From contig CAZKDZ010000076.1 of the NCBI GenBank assembly GCA_964551635.1, positions 7,287-71,286 of the forward strand: DNA of 64,000 bases, given 5' to 3'. Under the pieces are notes generated by a model. The model was not told the DNA's origin. It made no database searches and worked only from the letters and a program-made list of their open reading frames with translations. Position numbers and translations under genes: made by a program. This stretch comes from an uncultured bacterium. GTDB lineage: Bacteria; Latescibacterota; UBA2968; GCA-2709665. Of the stretch, positions 27,627-36,717 are shown piece after piece (positions within the stretch are counted from its first letter, which is position 1; each line of letters begins with the position of its first letter).

Positions 27627-28472
27627 ATGTCCCGGAGGTGGTTGCGCGTCGCCGCAGTCCAGATGCACGCCAATGAAGACATCGAGGAGAATGCGCGCGG
27701 GATCGTCGACCGGCTGAAGACGTGCGCCGGTGAGGGGGTGGACGTGGCCGCGTTCCACGAGGGCGTTCTGTTCGGCTATTGCGACCATCCGGATTTCTGG
27801 TCGAACCTGGATCGATCCCGCATCGAAAATGCGGAACGGCAGATTGTCCGGGCCTGCAGGGAAACCGGCGTCGCGGCCGTCGTCGGTTCAACCCATCAGG
27901 AAGGTCGCAGCCGCTTCAACAGCTTGCTGGTTGTGGACAGAGACGGCACGGTGCGGGGCCGTTACGGCAAGATCCATCTTGCCGGCGAGCGCTGGTTCGA
28001 GCCGTCCCAACACCTGCCCGTTTACAGCCTGTGCGGCGTACCGTGTTGTTTCCTGATCTGCCACGATATCCGCTATCCCGAACTCGTCCGGCTGCCCGCG
28101 GCGGCCGGCGCGCAGGTCTGCTTTTTCTGCAGTTGCGAGAGCTCCGTCACCCTTGAACACAAACTGTCGGCCTACAGGGCGATGCCCATCAGCCGCGCGA
28201 CGGAAAACGGCATCTACGTGGTCATGGCCAACGCGCCCGCCGACCCGACGGATATCGACCGCGCGGGGTCGTCTCACGGCGAATCGAAGATCATCCATCC
28301 CGATGGCAATGTGATGGTGGAAGCCGGCATATTCTCGGACGAGATCATCATCCGCAGGCTCGATCTCCACGAGGCGTCACGAAACATCGCGATGCGCGCC
28401 GTAAACGACGTGACCTGCATCAGCGATTGGATGAAGGAGGGTGTAAAGCTTGTCGACGGGGGAGTCGCATGA
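27627..28472 (+). CDS. Carbon-nitrogen hydrolase (nitrilase superfamily)
   Basis: ATG 27627 after AGGAGG. Starts LRVAAVQM, with E (AAFHEG), K (YGKIHL) and C (FLICHD) triad contexts. Confidence 0.85.
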   Translation: MSRRWLRVAAVQMHANEDIEENARGIVDRLKTCAGEGVDVAAFHEGVLFGYCDHPDFWSNLDRSRIENAERQIVRACRETGVAAVVGSTHQEGRSRFNSLLVVDRDGTVRGRYGKIHLAGERWFEPSQHLPVYSLCGVPCCFLICHDIRYPELVRLPAAAGAQVCFFCSCESSVTLEHKLSAYRAMPISRATENGIYVVMANAPADPTDIDRAGSSHGESKIIHPDGNVMVEAGIFSDEIIIRRLDLHEASRNIAMRAVNDVTCISDWMKEGVKLVDGGVA

Positions 28473-28503
28473 CCGATCGCTTCATCGAACAAGGGGAGCA
28501 TGA

Positions 28504-29961
28504 ATGAGAGGGTCCAGACCGAATATCCTGTGGATTTGTACGGACCAACAGCGGTACGATACCATTGGCGCGTTGGGGAATCCCCACGTGGACACGCCCA
28601 ATATCGACCGCCTCGTCGCGGAGGGGTCTGCACTTACGCACGCGTATTGCCAGAGTCCGATTTGCACCCCCAGCCGGGCGAGCTTCCTCACCGGACAATA
28701 CGCGAGCGCCGTCCACGTGAACGGCAACGGCAATTCACACTTTCCGGATACGCCCCCGCCCGTCACGAAGTTGCTCGCCGACAGCGGATACGACTGCGGC
28801 CTGATCGGCAAATTGCATCTGTCCAGCGCATTCGGGCGCGTGGAAGCGCGGGTGGATGACGGATACCGCTACTGGCAGTACAGCCACGCGCCCAGGGACG
28901 ACTGGGAGACCGGGCACGACTACGCCGACTGGGTACGGTCCAGGGGGGAGGTACTGGGTGAATTGATCAAGAGCCCGGATGGCGTACCCGCGGAACTGCA
29001 CCAGACCACGTGGTGTGCGGAAAAAACCATCGACTTCCTGAGCGAAGCACGTGAAGGCCCCTGGCTGGCCTCAGTGAACATCTATGATCCGCATCCACCG
29101 TTCAATCCGCCACGAACGTACCGGGACCTGTTCAATCCCGCCCGGGTGAACGGTCCGCTGTTCAGAGACAGCGATCTCGTCCAGCAGAAAAAGCTGGAGG
29201 CCGTTGACTTTCAGTCCAAAGGGCGGCATCCCGACGACCTGGACATCAAGAGCCCCGTGATCCCCTGGACGCAGACCCGCGGGCTGATGGAGCCGGAAAC
29301 GGCAGGAAAGCGGGACGCCGGAACGCTCATCGCCGCCTATTATGCCATGATCAAGCTGATCGACGACCAGGTCGGGCGGATCATGGCCGCGCTGGAATCC
29401 ACCGGCCAGCGCGAGAATACGCTCGTGATCTTCACGAGCGATCATGGCGAGATGCTGGGAGACCACGGGCTGATTCAGAAGGGATGCCGCTTCTACGAAG
29501 GGCTGGTGAGGGTACCGCTGATCTTCTCGTGGCCGGGGCACGTGAAGTCCGGACAGAGAAGCGATGCGCTGGTGGAACTGCGCGACATCGCCCCGCTGCT
29601 GCTGGAACTGGCGGGGTTACCGGTTCCGGAGCGGATGCAGGCGCGCTCACTCGTTCCCATGCTCAGCGGCGAGAAGCCGGCAGATGAGCATCGCGAATTC
29701 GTCCGATGTGAATTCTACGATGCGCTGGACCAGGCCGACGGGACGTTCGCCACGATGTACCGTGACCGCAGGTACAAGCTCGTCGTCTACCACGGGCACG
29801 TTCTTGGTGAACTCTACGACCTCGAGGAGGATCCGGGGGAGTTTGATAATCTGTGGGACAGCTCCGGTCACGCAGATGTGAAACTCGACCTCATGCAGCG
29901 CAGCTTCGACGCGTCCATGCTCGCCATGGACCGGGGCCCCGAACGCATCGGGCCGATGTGA
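28504..29961 (+). CDS. Sulfatase (formylglycine-dependent, arylsulfatase A family); no signal peptide seen
   Basis: PNILWICTDQQR and CQSPICTPSRASFLTGQY (CxPxR motif); 485 aa. Confidence 0.9.
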   Translation: MRGSRPNILWICTDQQRYDTIGALGNPHVDTPNIDRLVAEGSALTHAYCQSPICTPSRASFLTGQYASAVHVNGNGNSHFPDTPPPVTKLLADSGYDCGLIGKLHLSSAFGRVEARVDDGYRYWQYSHAPRDDWETGHDYADWVRSRGEVLGELIKSPDGVPAELHQTTWCAEKTIDFLSEAREGPWLASVNIYDPHPPFNPPRTYRDLFNPARVNGPLFRDSDLVQQKKLEAVDFQSKGRHPDDLDIKSPVIPWTQTRGLMEPETAGKRDAGTLIAAYYAMIKLIDDQVGRIMAALESTGQRENTLVIFTSDHGEMLGDHGLIQKGCRFYEGLVRVPLIFSWPGHVKSGQRSDALVELRDIAPLLLELAGLPVPERMQARSLVPMLSGEKPADEHREFVRCEFYDALDQADGTFATMYRDRRYKLVVYHGHVLGELYDLEEDPGEFDNLWDSSGHADVKLDLMQRSFDASMLAMDRGPERIGPM

Positions 29962-30093
29962 GGGAGGGAATTTAGAATAAGGTACTCCACCATCCGATTT
30001 TGCGATTGATCTCTGCCACGACAGACACTCCTGACTTGCCCGGGTCGACTGTCAACTTTCGCCATTCCCGGTTGGTACACTAATTGCGTTGAC

Positions 30094-30152
30094 TTGAACC
30101 ATCCTCCACTCTCTGAGTGGGCCGGCAGCAACTAATGCAAAGGATGGTTCAA
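30094..30152 (+). promoter_or_regulatory. 12-bp perfect inverted repeat enclosing the RBS of the RecQ-like gene
   Basis: TTGAACCATCCT (30094-30105) and AGGATGGTTCAA (30141-30152). The second arm ends 1 nt before ATG 30154 and contains the only SD-like AGGA. Confidence 0.4.
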
Positions 30153-30153
30153 T

Positions 30154-32253
30154 ATGACTGAGAAATCGGATGCACTCAGGCTCCTCAGGTTGGCTGCGGA
30201 CGACAGCGCCCTCGATTTTCGCCGAGGCCAATGGGAAGCAATCGACTCCCTGGTGAACGAGAGGGCTCGACTGCTCGTTGTCGAGCGTACCGGATGGGGC
30301 AAGAGTTCGGTCTATTTTATCGCGACACGAATTCTACGTAACAGAGGGCGCGGACCGACCCTGATCGTCTCGCCTCTCCTCGCGCTGATGCGAAATCAGA
30401 TCGACGCCGCCTGTCGGTTGGGGATCCGCGCGATGACGATCAATTCGGCAAACAGAGAGGAGTGGCCGGTCATTCGGCGTGCCGTACGGGAGAACGAGGC
30501 GGATGCGCTCCTGATTTCGCCCGAGAGGCTGGCCAACGACGAATTCGTTGAAAAGGTCTTGCTGCCTGTTGCCTCGCGAATCGGGCTTCTGGTGGTGGAC
30601 GAAGCCCATTGCATATCTGACTGGGGACATGACTTCCGTCCGGACTACCGGCGACTGGTCAGAGTCTTGCAGCGAATGCCCGGCAGCGTTCCGATACTTG
30701 GCACGACGGCGACGGCGAATGACCGCGTGGTTGAGGATGTCCGGGCACAGCTTGGCGATTTCGCAATCCAACGCGGAAATCTGGTGCGTCGAACGCTTGC
30801 CCTGCAGAAAATGCGATTGCCCTCGCAGGTGGAGAGGCTGGCATGGCTGGCGGAACATATTGATTCTTTGCCTGGTACGGGAATCATCTATACGCTTACC
30901 CGGCGCGATGCGAACCTGGTTGAAAAGTGGCTCCGGAATCACGGAATTTCCGCGCGAGCGTATTATAGCGGCGTGAGGCGTGACGACTTCGAGGACTCGA
31001 ACGCTTATCGCCTGCACCTCGAAAAAAAGCTGCTCCGTAATGAAATAAAGGCATTGGTGGCAACGACGGCACTCGGCATGGGGTACGACAAGCCGGATAT
31101 CGGTTTCGTCGTCCACTACCAGGCGCCCGGTTCGATTGTCGCCTACTACCAGCAGGTCGGTCGCGCCGGCCGAGCCATCTCGCACGCCATCGGATTATTG
31201 ATGTCAGGAGACGAGGATGCCGATATTCATGAGTATTTCCGACGAAGCGCTTTTCCTGAAGAAGGGTGGGTAGCGGCAGTACTCGGCGTTTTGGAAGAGA
31301 GCGATGGCTTGCGTGTCAGTCAAATCGAAAAAGCCGTCAATCTGACGCGAGGCCAGATTGGGCAAGTGCTCAAATTCCTGTCTGTGGACAGTCCCGCGCC
31401 TGTCATTAAAACCGGGTACAAATGGGCCCGCACGGCATTGCCGTTTAGCATGGACCGCGATCGAATTCAGCGATTGACGGAAAAACGCAAAATCGAGTGG
31501 CAGGAGGTCCAGGAATATCTCGATACAGACCGGTGCCTGATGCAGTTCCTCACAACGGCTCTTGACGACGTTGCCCCTCAACCGTGCGGCAAGTGTGCTT
31601 CGTGCCGTCGTCGACCGCTGGTCGATCCCTCCTTCACGCGTACGACCGCGATAGCGGCAGCCCGATTCCTTCGTCAATCCGAACTTGTGCTGGAATGCAA
31701 CAGGCAGGTCGCGAGAGATGCATTTCGCGGGTATGGCTTTCGCGGAAATCTGCCCGTAGACCTCCGTGCTGAGACGGGACGGATCCTCTCGCGATGGGGC
31801 GACGCCGGCTGGGGGCAACTGGTCGCTGATGACAAACACCGAGGCCAATTTCGCGATGAACTTGTAAAGGCGGCTAAGGAGATGTTGAAAGACAGGTGGA
31901 AACCATCTCCGAGCCCGGAATGGGTCACGTGCGTCCCGTCCAGGAATCAACCGGACCTCGTCCCCGACTACGCGGAACGCCTGGCGGCGGCATTGGGACT
32001 TACGTTCGAACCCGTTGTAGTGAAAGTAAAGGACAACGATCCGCAGAAGCTGCAGCAGAACCGATTCCACCAGTGCAGAAATCTCGACGCCGCGTTTGCA
32101 ATCGTCTGCCCGGTCCCGGAGGGCCCGGTCCTTCTGGTTGATGACGTGTTCGATTCCGGCTGGACCTTAACGGTAGTTGCTGCTTTGCTTCGACAAGCCG
32201 GGAGCGGCCCCGTCTGGCCACTGGCTCTGGCAACCTCGAGAATGGCTGCGTGA
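30154..32253 (+). CDS. RecQ-family SF2 helicase fused to a C-terminal ComF/phosphoribosyltransferase-like domain (PsyrT-like)
   Basis: Walker A ERTGWGKS and DEAH box VVDEAHCISDWGHDFRPDYRRL. CGKCASCRRRP zinc motif. The last ~130 aa carry VLLVDDVFDSGWTL (PRTase-type PRPP-loop context). Confidence 0.85.
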   Translation: MTEKSDALRLLRLAADDSALDFRRGQWEAIDSLVNERARLLVVERTGWGKSSVYFIATRILRNRGRGPTLIVSPLLALMRNQIDAACRLGIRAMTINSANREEWPVIRRAVRENEADALLISPERLANDEFVEKVLLPVASRIGLLVVDEAHCISDWGHDFRPDYRRLVRVLQRMPGSVPILGTTATANDRVVEDVRAQLGDFAIQRGNLVRRTLALQKMRLPSQVERLAWLAEHIDSLPGTGIIYTLTRRDANLVEKWLRNHGISARAYYSGVRRDDFEDSNAYRLHLEKKLLRNEIKALVATTALGMGYDKPDIGFVVHYQAPGSIVAYYQQVGRAGRAISHAIGLLMSGDEDADIHEYFRRSAFPEEGWVAAVLGVLEESDGLRVSQIEKAVNLTRGQIGQVLKFLSVDSPAPVIKTGYKWARTALPFSMDRDRIQRLTEKRKIEWQEVQEYLDTDRCLMQFLTTALDDVAPQPCGKCASCRRRPLVDPSFTRTTAIAAARFLRQSELVLECNRQVARDAFRGYGFRGNLPVDLRAETGRILSRWGDAGWGQLVADDKHRGQFRDELVKAAKEMLKDRWKPSPSPEWVTCVPSRNQPDLVPDYAERLAAALGLTFEPVVVKVKDNDPQKLQQNRFHQCRNLDAAFAIVCPVPEGPVLLVDDVFDSGWTLTVVAALLRQAGSGPVWPLALATSRMAA

Positions 32254-32254
32254 T

Positions 32255-33238
32255 ATGATTTCGGGTTCCAATACTCAGGCGGTAATGCTGCTTACGGTCT
32301 CCCTTGGCAGATCCGACAGGTCAGAGGCAAAGCCTCTCTCGCCAAAAGAATGGGCGCGCTTCGCGACATGGCTCAGAAATCGCAATCTGGAGGTGTCAGA
32401 TCTGCTGAAGGGTGAATTGAGGAGTCAACTTGAGGGTTGGACGGATCGTTCAATACCACGATCCAGATTGGAAAGTCTTGTTGAACGCGGAGGCGCGCTT
32501 GGCCTGGCGATCGAGAGATGGCAGCGTGCCGGGCTGTGGATCATGACGCCATGGGATTCGGAATACCCGGAGAGGTTGAAAGACCGACTTGGATTGGAAT
32601 CCCCACCCGTAATCTTCGGTTGCGGAAACAAGATGCTTCTTGCGCGCGGCGGCATCGCGGTGGTTGGCTCCAGAGATGCCCGCCGGGAAGACCTCACTTT
32701 TGCCGGAGACCTTGGCGCTGCCGCCGCGACACAGGGTTATTCGGTCGTTTCCGGCGCGGCGCGCGGGGTGGATGAGAGCGCGATGCTGAGCGCACTGGAA
32801 AACGAAGGCACGGCAATCGGCGTTGTGGCAGACAGCTTGATGCGCGTGACGACCTCCGCGAAATATCGCAGATTTCTTCTCTCGCGTGATCTGGCGCTGG
32901 TAACACCATTTAATCCGGAAGCGGGATTCAGCATCGGGAATGCGATGTCCAGAAACCGTTACATCTATTGCCTGGCCGACGCCGCGATCGTGGTCAGCAG
33001 CACGCCGAATCGTGGAGGGACGTGGAACGGCGCGCTGGAAGACCTGAAAGCCGGGTGGGTGCCTCTCTGGGTCAAACGCACGGCAAGCGCGGAAACAGGC
33101 AATGCCAGGCTTGTGCAGAGGGGTGCGCGCTGGATTCCCGACGATCTGGAGTCACTTGAATCCTTGACGACATCAGGTCCGGAACAAGCGTTACGGCTCG
33201 AACTTCCCCTCACACGTCGGAGACGAAACGACTTATAG
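32255..33238 (+). CDS. DprA/Smf-like Rossmann-fold protein (PsyrA-like)
   Basis: ATG 32255 lies 1 nt after the RecQ stop. Contains GGIAVVGSRDA, YSVVSGAARGVDESA and SRNRYIYCLADAAIVVSS. Confidence 0.8.
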   Translation: MISGSNTQAVMLLTVSLGRSDRSEAKPLSPKEWARFATWLRNRNLEVSDLLKGELRSQLEGWTDRSIPRSRLESLVERGGALGLAIERWQRAGLWIMTPWDSEYPERLKDRLGLESPPVIFGCGNKMLLARGGIAVVGSRDARREDLTFAGDLGAAAATQGYSVVSGAARGVDESAMLSALENEGTAIGVVADSLMRVTTSAKYRRFLLSRDLALVTPFNPEAGFSIGNAMSRNRYIYCLADAAIVVSSTPNRGGTWNGALEDLKAGWVPLWVKRTASAETGNARLVQRGARWIPDDLESLESLTTSGPEQALRLELPLTRRRRNDL

Positions 33239-33400
33239 TTAGAGAAATAAACTCAGGCGTCTTCCAGGCTCAGCAATTGAAGGACGGAAAGCCAGGAACG
33301 GAAGGGCAGACCATCGACACCGGCAAACCGGCGGTTGTCAATATTGAAGACCGTGTCGATTTGGATTTCAATGCGCTATTCCGGAATCGAATGCCGGGAG

Positions 33401-34663
33401 TCACGGCAAATCCCCGGTGTATCCCTTTGACGTCCAGACCTTTCGGGCCAGCTTCTCTGCTTCGTCGGACGGTTCGATTTCGCCCAGGATGCTGGCCGGC
33501 GGTTGGCCTTCCTTCCTGCGGGCGGGGTCGGGCGACCAGTCGTCATCTTCGTATTGCTTGCGCACGGACTCGTGCCGGAAATCGGGCACTTCGATGGCTG
33601 CCGAGTCGTTCAGCGCGGAACGCCACGCCTGGATGCCCGCGATGCTCATGTCCAGGCCGCGGTAGACGTCGAGATACGGCTGTCTGCCCGCGCGGATCGC
33701 CTCGGCGAAGTGGTAGGACGTGAAGAAGTCGCCGCCGCCGTGGCCTGTGCGGGTCGCCCGGTTGTGATGGACGGGGAAGTCTGGCTTATAGACCGTTTCG
33801 ACCGGATCGCCCTTGCGCTTCTCCCATGGTTCGTACCAGACGCGCAGACGCTGTTTGTCGCCGTGGCGGCAGTTTTCCATCACGCCTTTGTTGCCGTGGA
33901 TGCGGACGTAGTTTCCGTGACCGCGCAACCCGCCGTGCAGGGACTTCATGACCGCATCGTTGTCCATCCTGCAGATGATCACCGCGGCCGTGTCCGATCG
34001 CCTCATGTGCAGCGTCTGCGCCGGATCGGTGTAATCGAAGGGGATCACGAAGCCGTTGACCTTCACCGGCCTGGTGTCGGTGATATACATCACCGGGGCG
34101 ATGGAGTGGGTGCAGTAGTACGTGGCGGGGACCCAGTTGCGCCAGTGGTTGCGTCCGCAACTGCGACCCAGTTTTACCTCGGGTGGGTCCGGGTGGACGT
34201 ATTCGCCCTCGCCGTACTTGAACTCACCCACGCGTCCTTTTTTATAGAGCCGCCTCATCTCCTGATTGAAGACCATGTAGGGGTAGTTTTCGGCAAACAT
34301 GTAGGTCCTGCCGCTGCTTTCAACCGCCCGCGCCAGGGCCACGCCTTCGCCCAGCGTATGGCAGGCGGCGGTCTCGCTCATCACATGTTTGCCTGCGTCA
34401 AATGCCTTTATGGCAAACGGCGCGTGCTCGTGGAAATAGTTCGCCAGCACAACCGCGTCCATCTCGCAGCCGAGGAAGTCGTCGTAGTCGATGTACGTCT
34501 TTACATTCAGCGCGTCGCCCTCCGCGAGAAGTCGCTCCTCCCAGGTGTCGCAAATTGCGACGAGTTCCATTCCCGTCGCTCCCGCCGCCCGGGCAAAGGA
34601 GCGGCCTCGCCCGACGCCGACCACGCCGACCCGAATACGCTGTCTGCTTTTTCGATTGGCCAT
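33401..34663 (-). CDS. Gfo/Idh/MocA family oxidoreductase
   Basis: IRVGVVGVGRGRSF N-terminus; 420 aa. The opposite-strand ORF 33503..34828 is Arg/Val-rich antisense. Confidence 0.85.
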   Translation of the reverse strand: MANRKSRQRIRVGVVGVGRGRSFARAAGATGMELVAICDTWEERLLAEGDALNVKTYIDYDDFLGCEMDAVVLANYFHEHAPFAIKAFDAGKHVMSETAACHTLGEGVALARAVESSGRTYMFAENYPYMVFNQEMRRLYKKGRVGEFKYGEGEYVHPDPPEVKLGRSCGRNHWRNWVPATYYCTHSIAPVMYITDTRPVKVNGFVIPFDYTDPAQTLHMRRSDTAAVIICRMDNDAVMKSLHGGLRGHGNYVRIHGNKGVMENCRHGDKQRLRVWYEPWEKRKGDPVETVYKPDFPVHHNRATRTGHGGGDFFTSYHFAEAIRAGRQPYLDVYRGLDMSIAGIQAWRSALNDSAAIEVPDFRHESVRKQYEDDDWSPDPARRKEGQPPASILGEIEPSDEAEKLARKVWTSKGYTGDLP

Positions 34664-35379
34664 ATTTTCAATCCCTCGACGATGCAGTGTAGTGGGTGGA
34701 TTCGAAAATCCTGGAGCCGATATCCGGTCTATGAAAAGATAATCCTGAATTTCCCTCTACATATCAAATTATCGACCGTGCCGCATCTGTCGAAAACTCA
34801 CATTTCTTGTTACAATAGTTGGTACTAAGGTGGAAGAGTTCGATTGTGGCCTGCCACGGCCACCCTGAAACGCAGTGCACGCAGCCAGCGCCATGGCGAT
34901 CGACGATCCCTCAGGGCCATGAACGGGCGGACACTGGAACAAGCTTTCAGCTCGGTTGTGTGCATAAAATCCACGTTCAAGATTACAAACACCAGTCTGA
35001 TTCACGTCAAGTGTAATATGAACAGGAGTATCTGAGATCTCCGAAATCGTTCAACGGTAGATTGCGTTGACCTTCCGTTCGGCGAGAATGTCTTCGTTGT
35101 CGACCTAACGGGTTATTGACAATTGAATCACCCGGAGGATGCATGGACCGACAGGTTGACAAGGTTCAATTTCGATCCGGGAAGGGCCAACCGAGTGGCG
35201 ACCATACTGATCGCATATGGCTCGTGTATCGTTACCAAAGGTCAACAATAGCTCATCGTGTGTCGCACAATCTTCCGGCTGCCGACCACTTTTGTCTTGT
35301 CCTTAGCGAATAGGCAACTGCCACATCACACCGACCCACGGCGGCTCTTCCAAAATCGTCTAACCGAAAGGACTCGAGA

Positions 35380-36291
35380 GTGACGAGGAAATTTTGGACA
35401 GGTCAATGGGAGAATCAGATAGAAGCGTTCTATGACTACGATGATGAGATCAGAGTAATTGTGGTTTACGTGGATGTTAGGGGCAAAGAGAATAGAAAGG
35501 GAAGAATAGAGCCCTTAGTAAAAGGATGTAGACCACAGCATCGGATTGACGTTTGTGGGACAGTTCGGATCACGAAACCAATCGTCTTCAGAGAAATGGA
35601 CGAAGGGCATCTGATCGGTGACGCACTGGAAGCGAAGCAAGAGCGAGAGGTCGTAGAAACGCAGACTGCAATGCGATCGAAAAAGGAACGATTAGATAGA
35701 ATGAGTGAAACCATGTCGCAGATGCTGCTGCACGAACTGTCAAAGTCTCTTCCTGGAGCAAGCATAAAGATCAAGAATAGACACAGCAGTTACAGGGAAG
35801 TCGTTACCGACACCTTCACGGGTGGAATGAACGGATGGATATACTGTACGTCTATTGCACCGGAGACTGACGATGAGGAGAAAGCACTTTGGAGGGGATG
35901 GGGAAAAGGCTACACGGACTGTTTTCCAATAAGTGACAGAAGGCAATTCGCACGAGCTATGGCGGGAATGGCAATAAGACAATTGGGTGCGAGGAGTGGT
36001 AACAGTTGGTTTAAGAATGAGTCGGATGGGGTCGCGGAAGAAGAGATTTGGAAAAAATCGCAACTGATCGTGCATGGTCCGGTAGAATACAGAGATGATC
36101 CGTATGGAACCACGGAACAACTGGGTACCTTTGAACGCGCAATTAGTGCCATCTTCATTAAACGAAGAAAGTACGAGACTCAGAGAGAATATCGATTCTT
36201 GGTGCATACAGACGAAGAGCCGGGTGCGAATGAGGATTCAGTAATTCTCAAGGCATCGCCGGAAATGCTCGGAGCAATCATGGGTTCATAG
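35380..36291 (+). CDS. Orphan hypothetical protein in an AT-richer island (weak DUF2971-like pattern)
   Basis: 303-aa ORF with K/E/I-rich composition unlike its neighbours. WIYCTSIAPETDDEEKALWRGWG...GYTDCFPI and KRRKYETQREYRFLV recall the DUF2971 motif layout from memory only. GTG start is uncertain. Confidence 0.55.
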   Translation: MTRKFWTGQWENQIEAFYDYDDEIRVIVVYVDVRGKENRKGRIEPLVKGCRPQHRIDVCGTVRITKPIVFREMDEGHLIGDALEAKQEREVVETQTAMRSKKERLDRMSETMSQMLLHELSKSLPGASIKIKNRHSSYREVVTDTFTGGMNGWIYCTSIAPETDDEEKALWRGWGKGYTDCFPISDRRQFARAMAGMAIRQLGARSGNSWFKNESDGVAEEEIWKKSQLIVHGPVEYRDDPYGTTEQLGTFERAISAIFIKRRKYETQREYRFLVHTDEEPGANEDSVILKASPEMLGAIMGS

Positions 36292-36668
36292 GTCATGCAG
36301 ACTCGTCCGTTGCAAAAAACATCATTAACAAACCAGACTGAACTTCGAACCTAAGGCTACCGTTGTTTGGGAAGAGATTTATCACGTGTGTGAAGGTTCG
36401 GGCCTGTCCAGAATATTGTGTCAGTGGCGTCGGTAGACGAATGAGGATGGAAGTGATCGTCGAGCATAATGAAGGCTTATTGGGCACCGAGCATATCCGG
36501 ATTATTGCGATTTGCACGACGATCGATTCATCGACTCAGCGGCAGTGGTCGCAAGAGTGACAGTGTGTGTTTGGGGTGATCGAATAGCGCATGATATCCT
36601 TCCAGTGAGTGCACCTAGATTTTGACATGCCTGTACCGGCACGAGTCTAAACTGCCCTTCGCGATTGT

Positions 36669-36674
36669 TATAAT
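36669..36674 (+). promoter_or_regulatory. Extended -10 promoter element upstream of the PhyH-like gene
   Basis: TGTTATAAT (36666-36674) lies 44 nt upstream of ATG 36718. There is no good -35. Confidence 0.3.
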
Positions 36675-36717
36675 GTGTCCGATCACGCTCGCAGAAAAAA
36701 GACCGCATCGCACCTTC

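Noticed and set aside
34696-34720. tRNA-like T-arm (GGATTCGAAAATCC) as a possible tRNA integration site at the edge of the AT-rich island.
   Set aside because: The hairpin has a 4-nt loop rather than the 7-nt TPsiC loop. There are no acceptor, D or anticodon arms around it on either strand.
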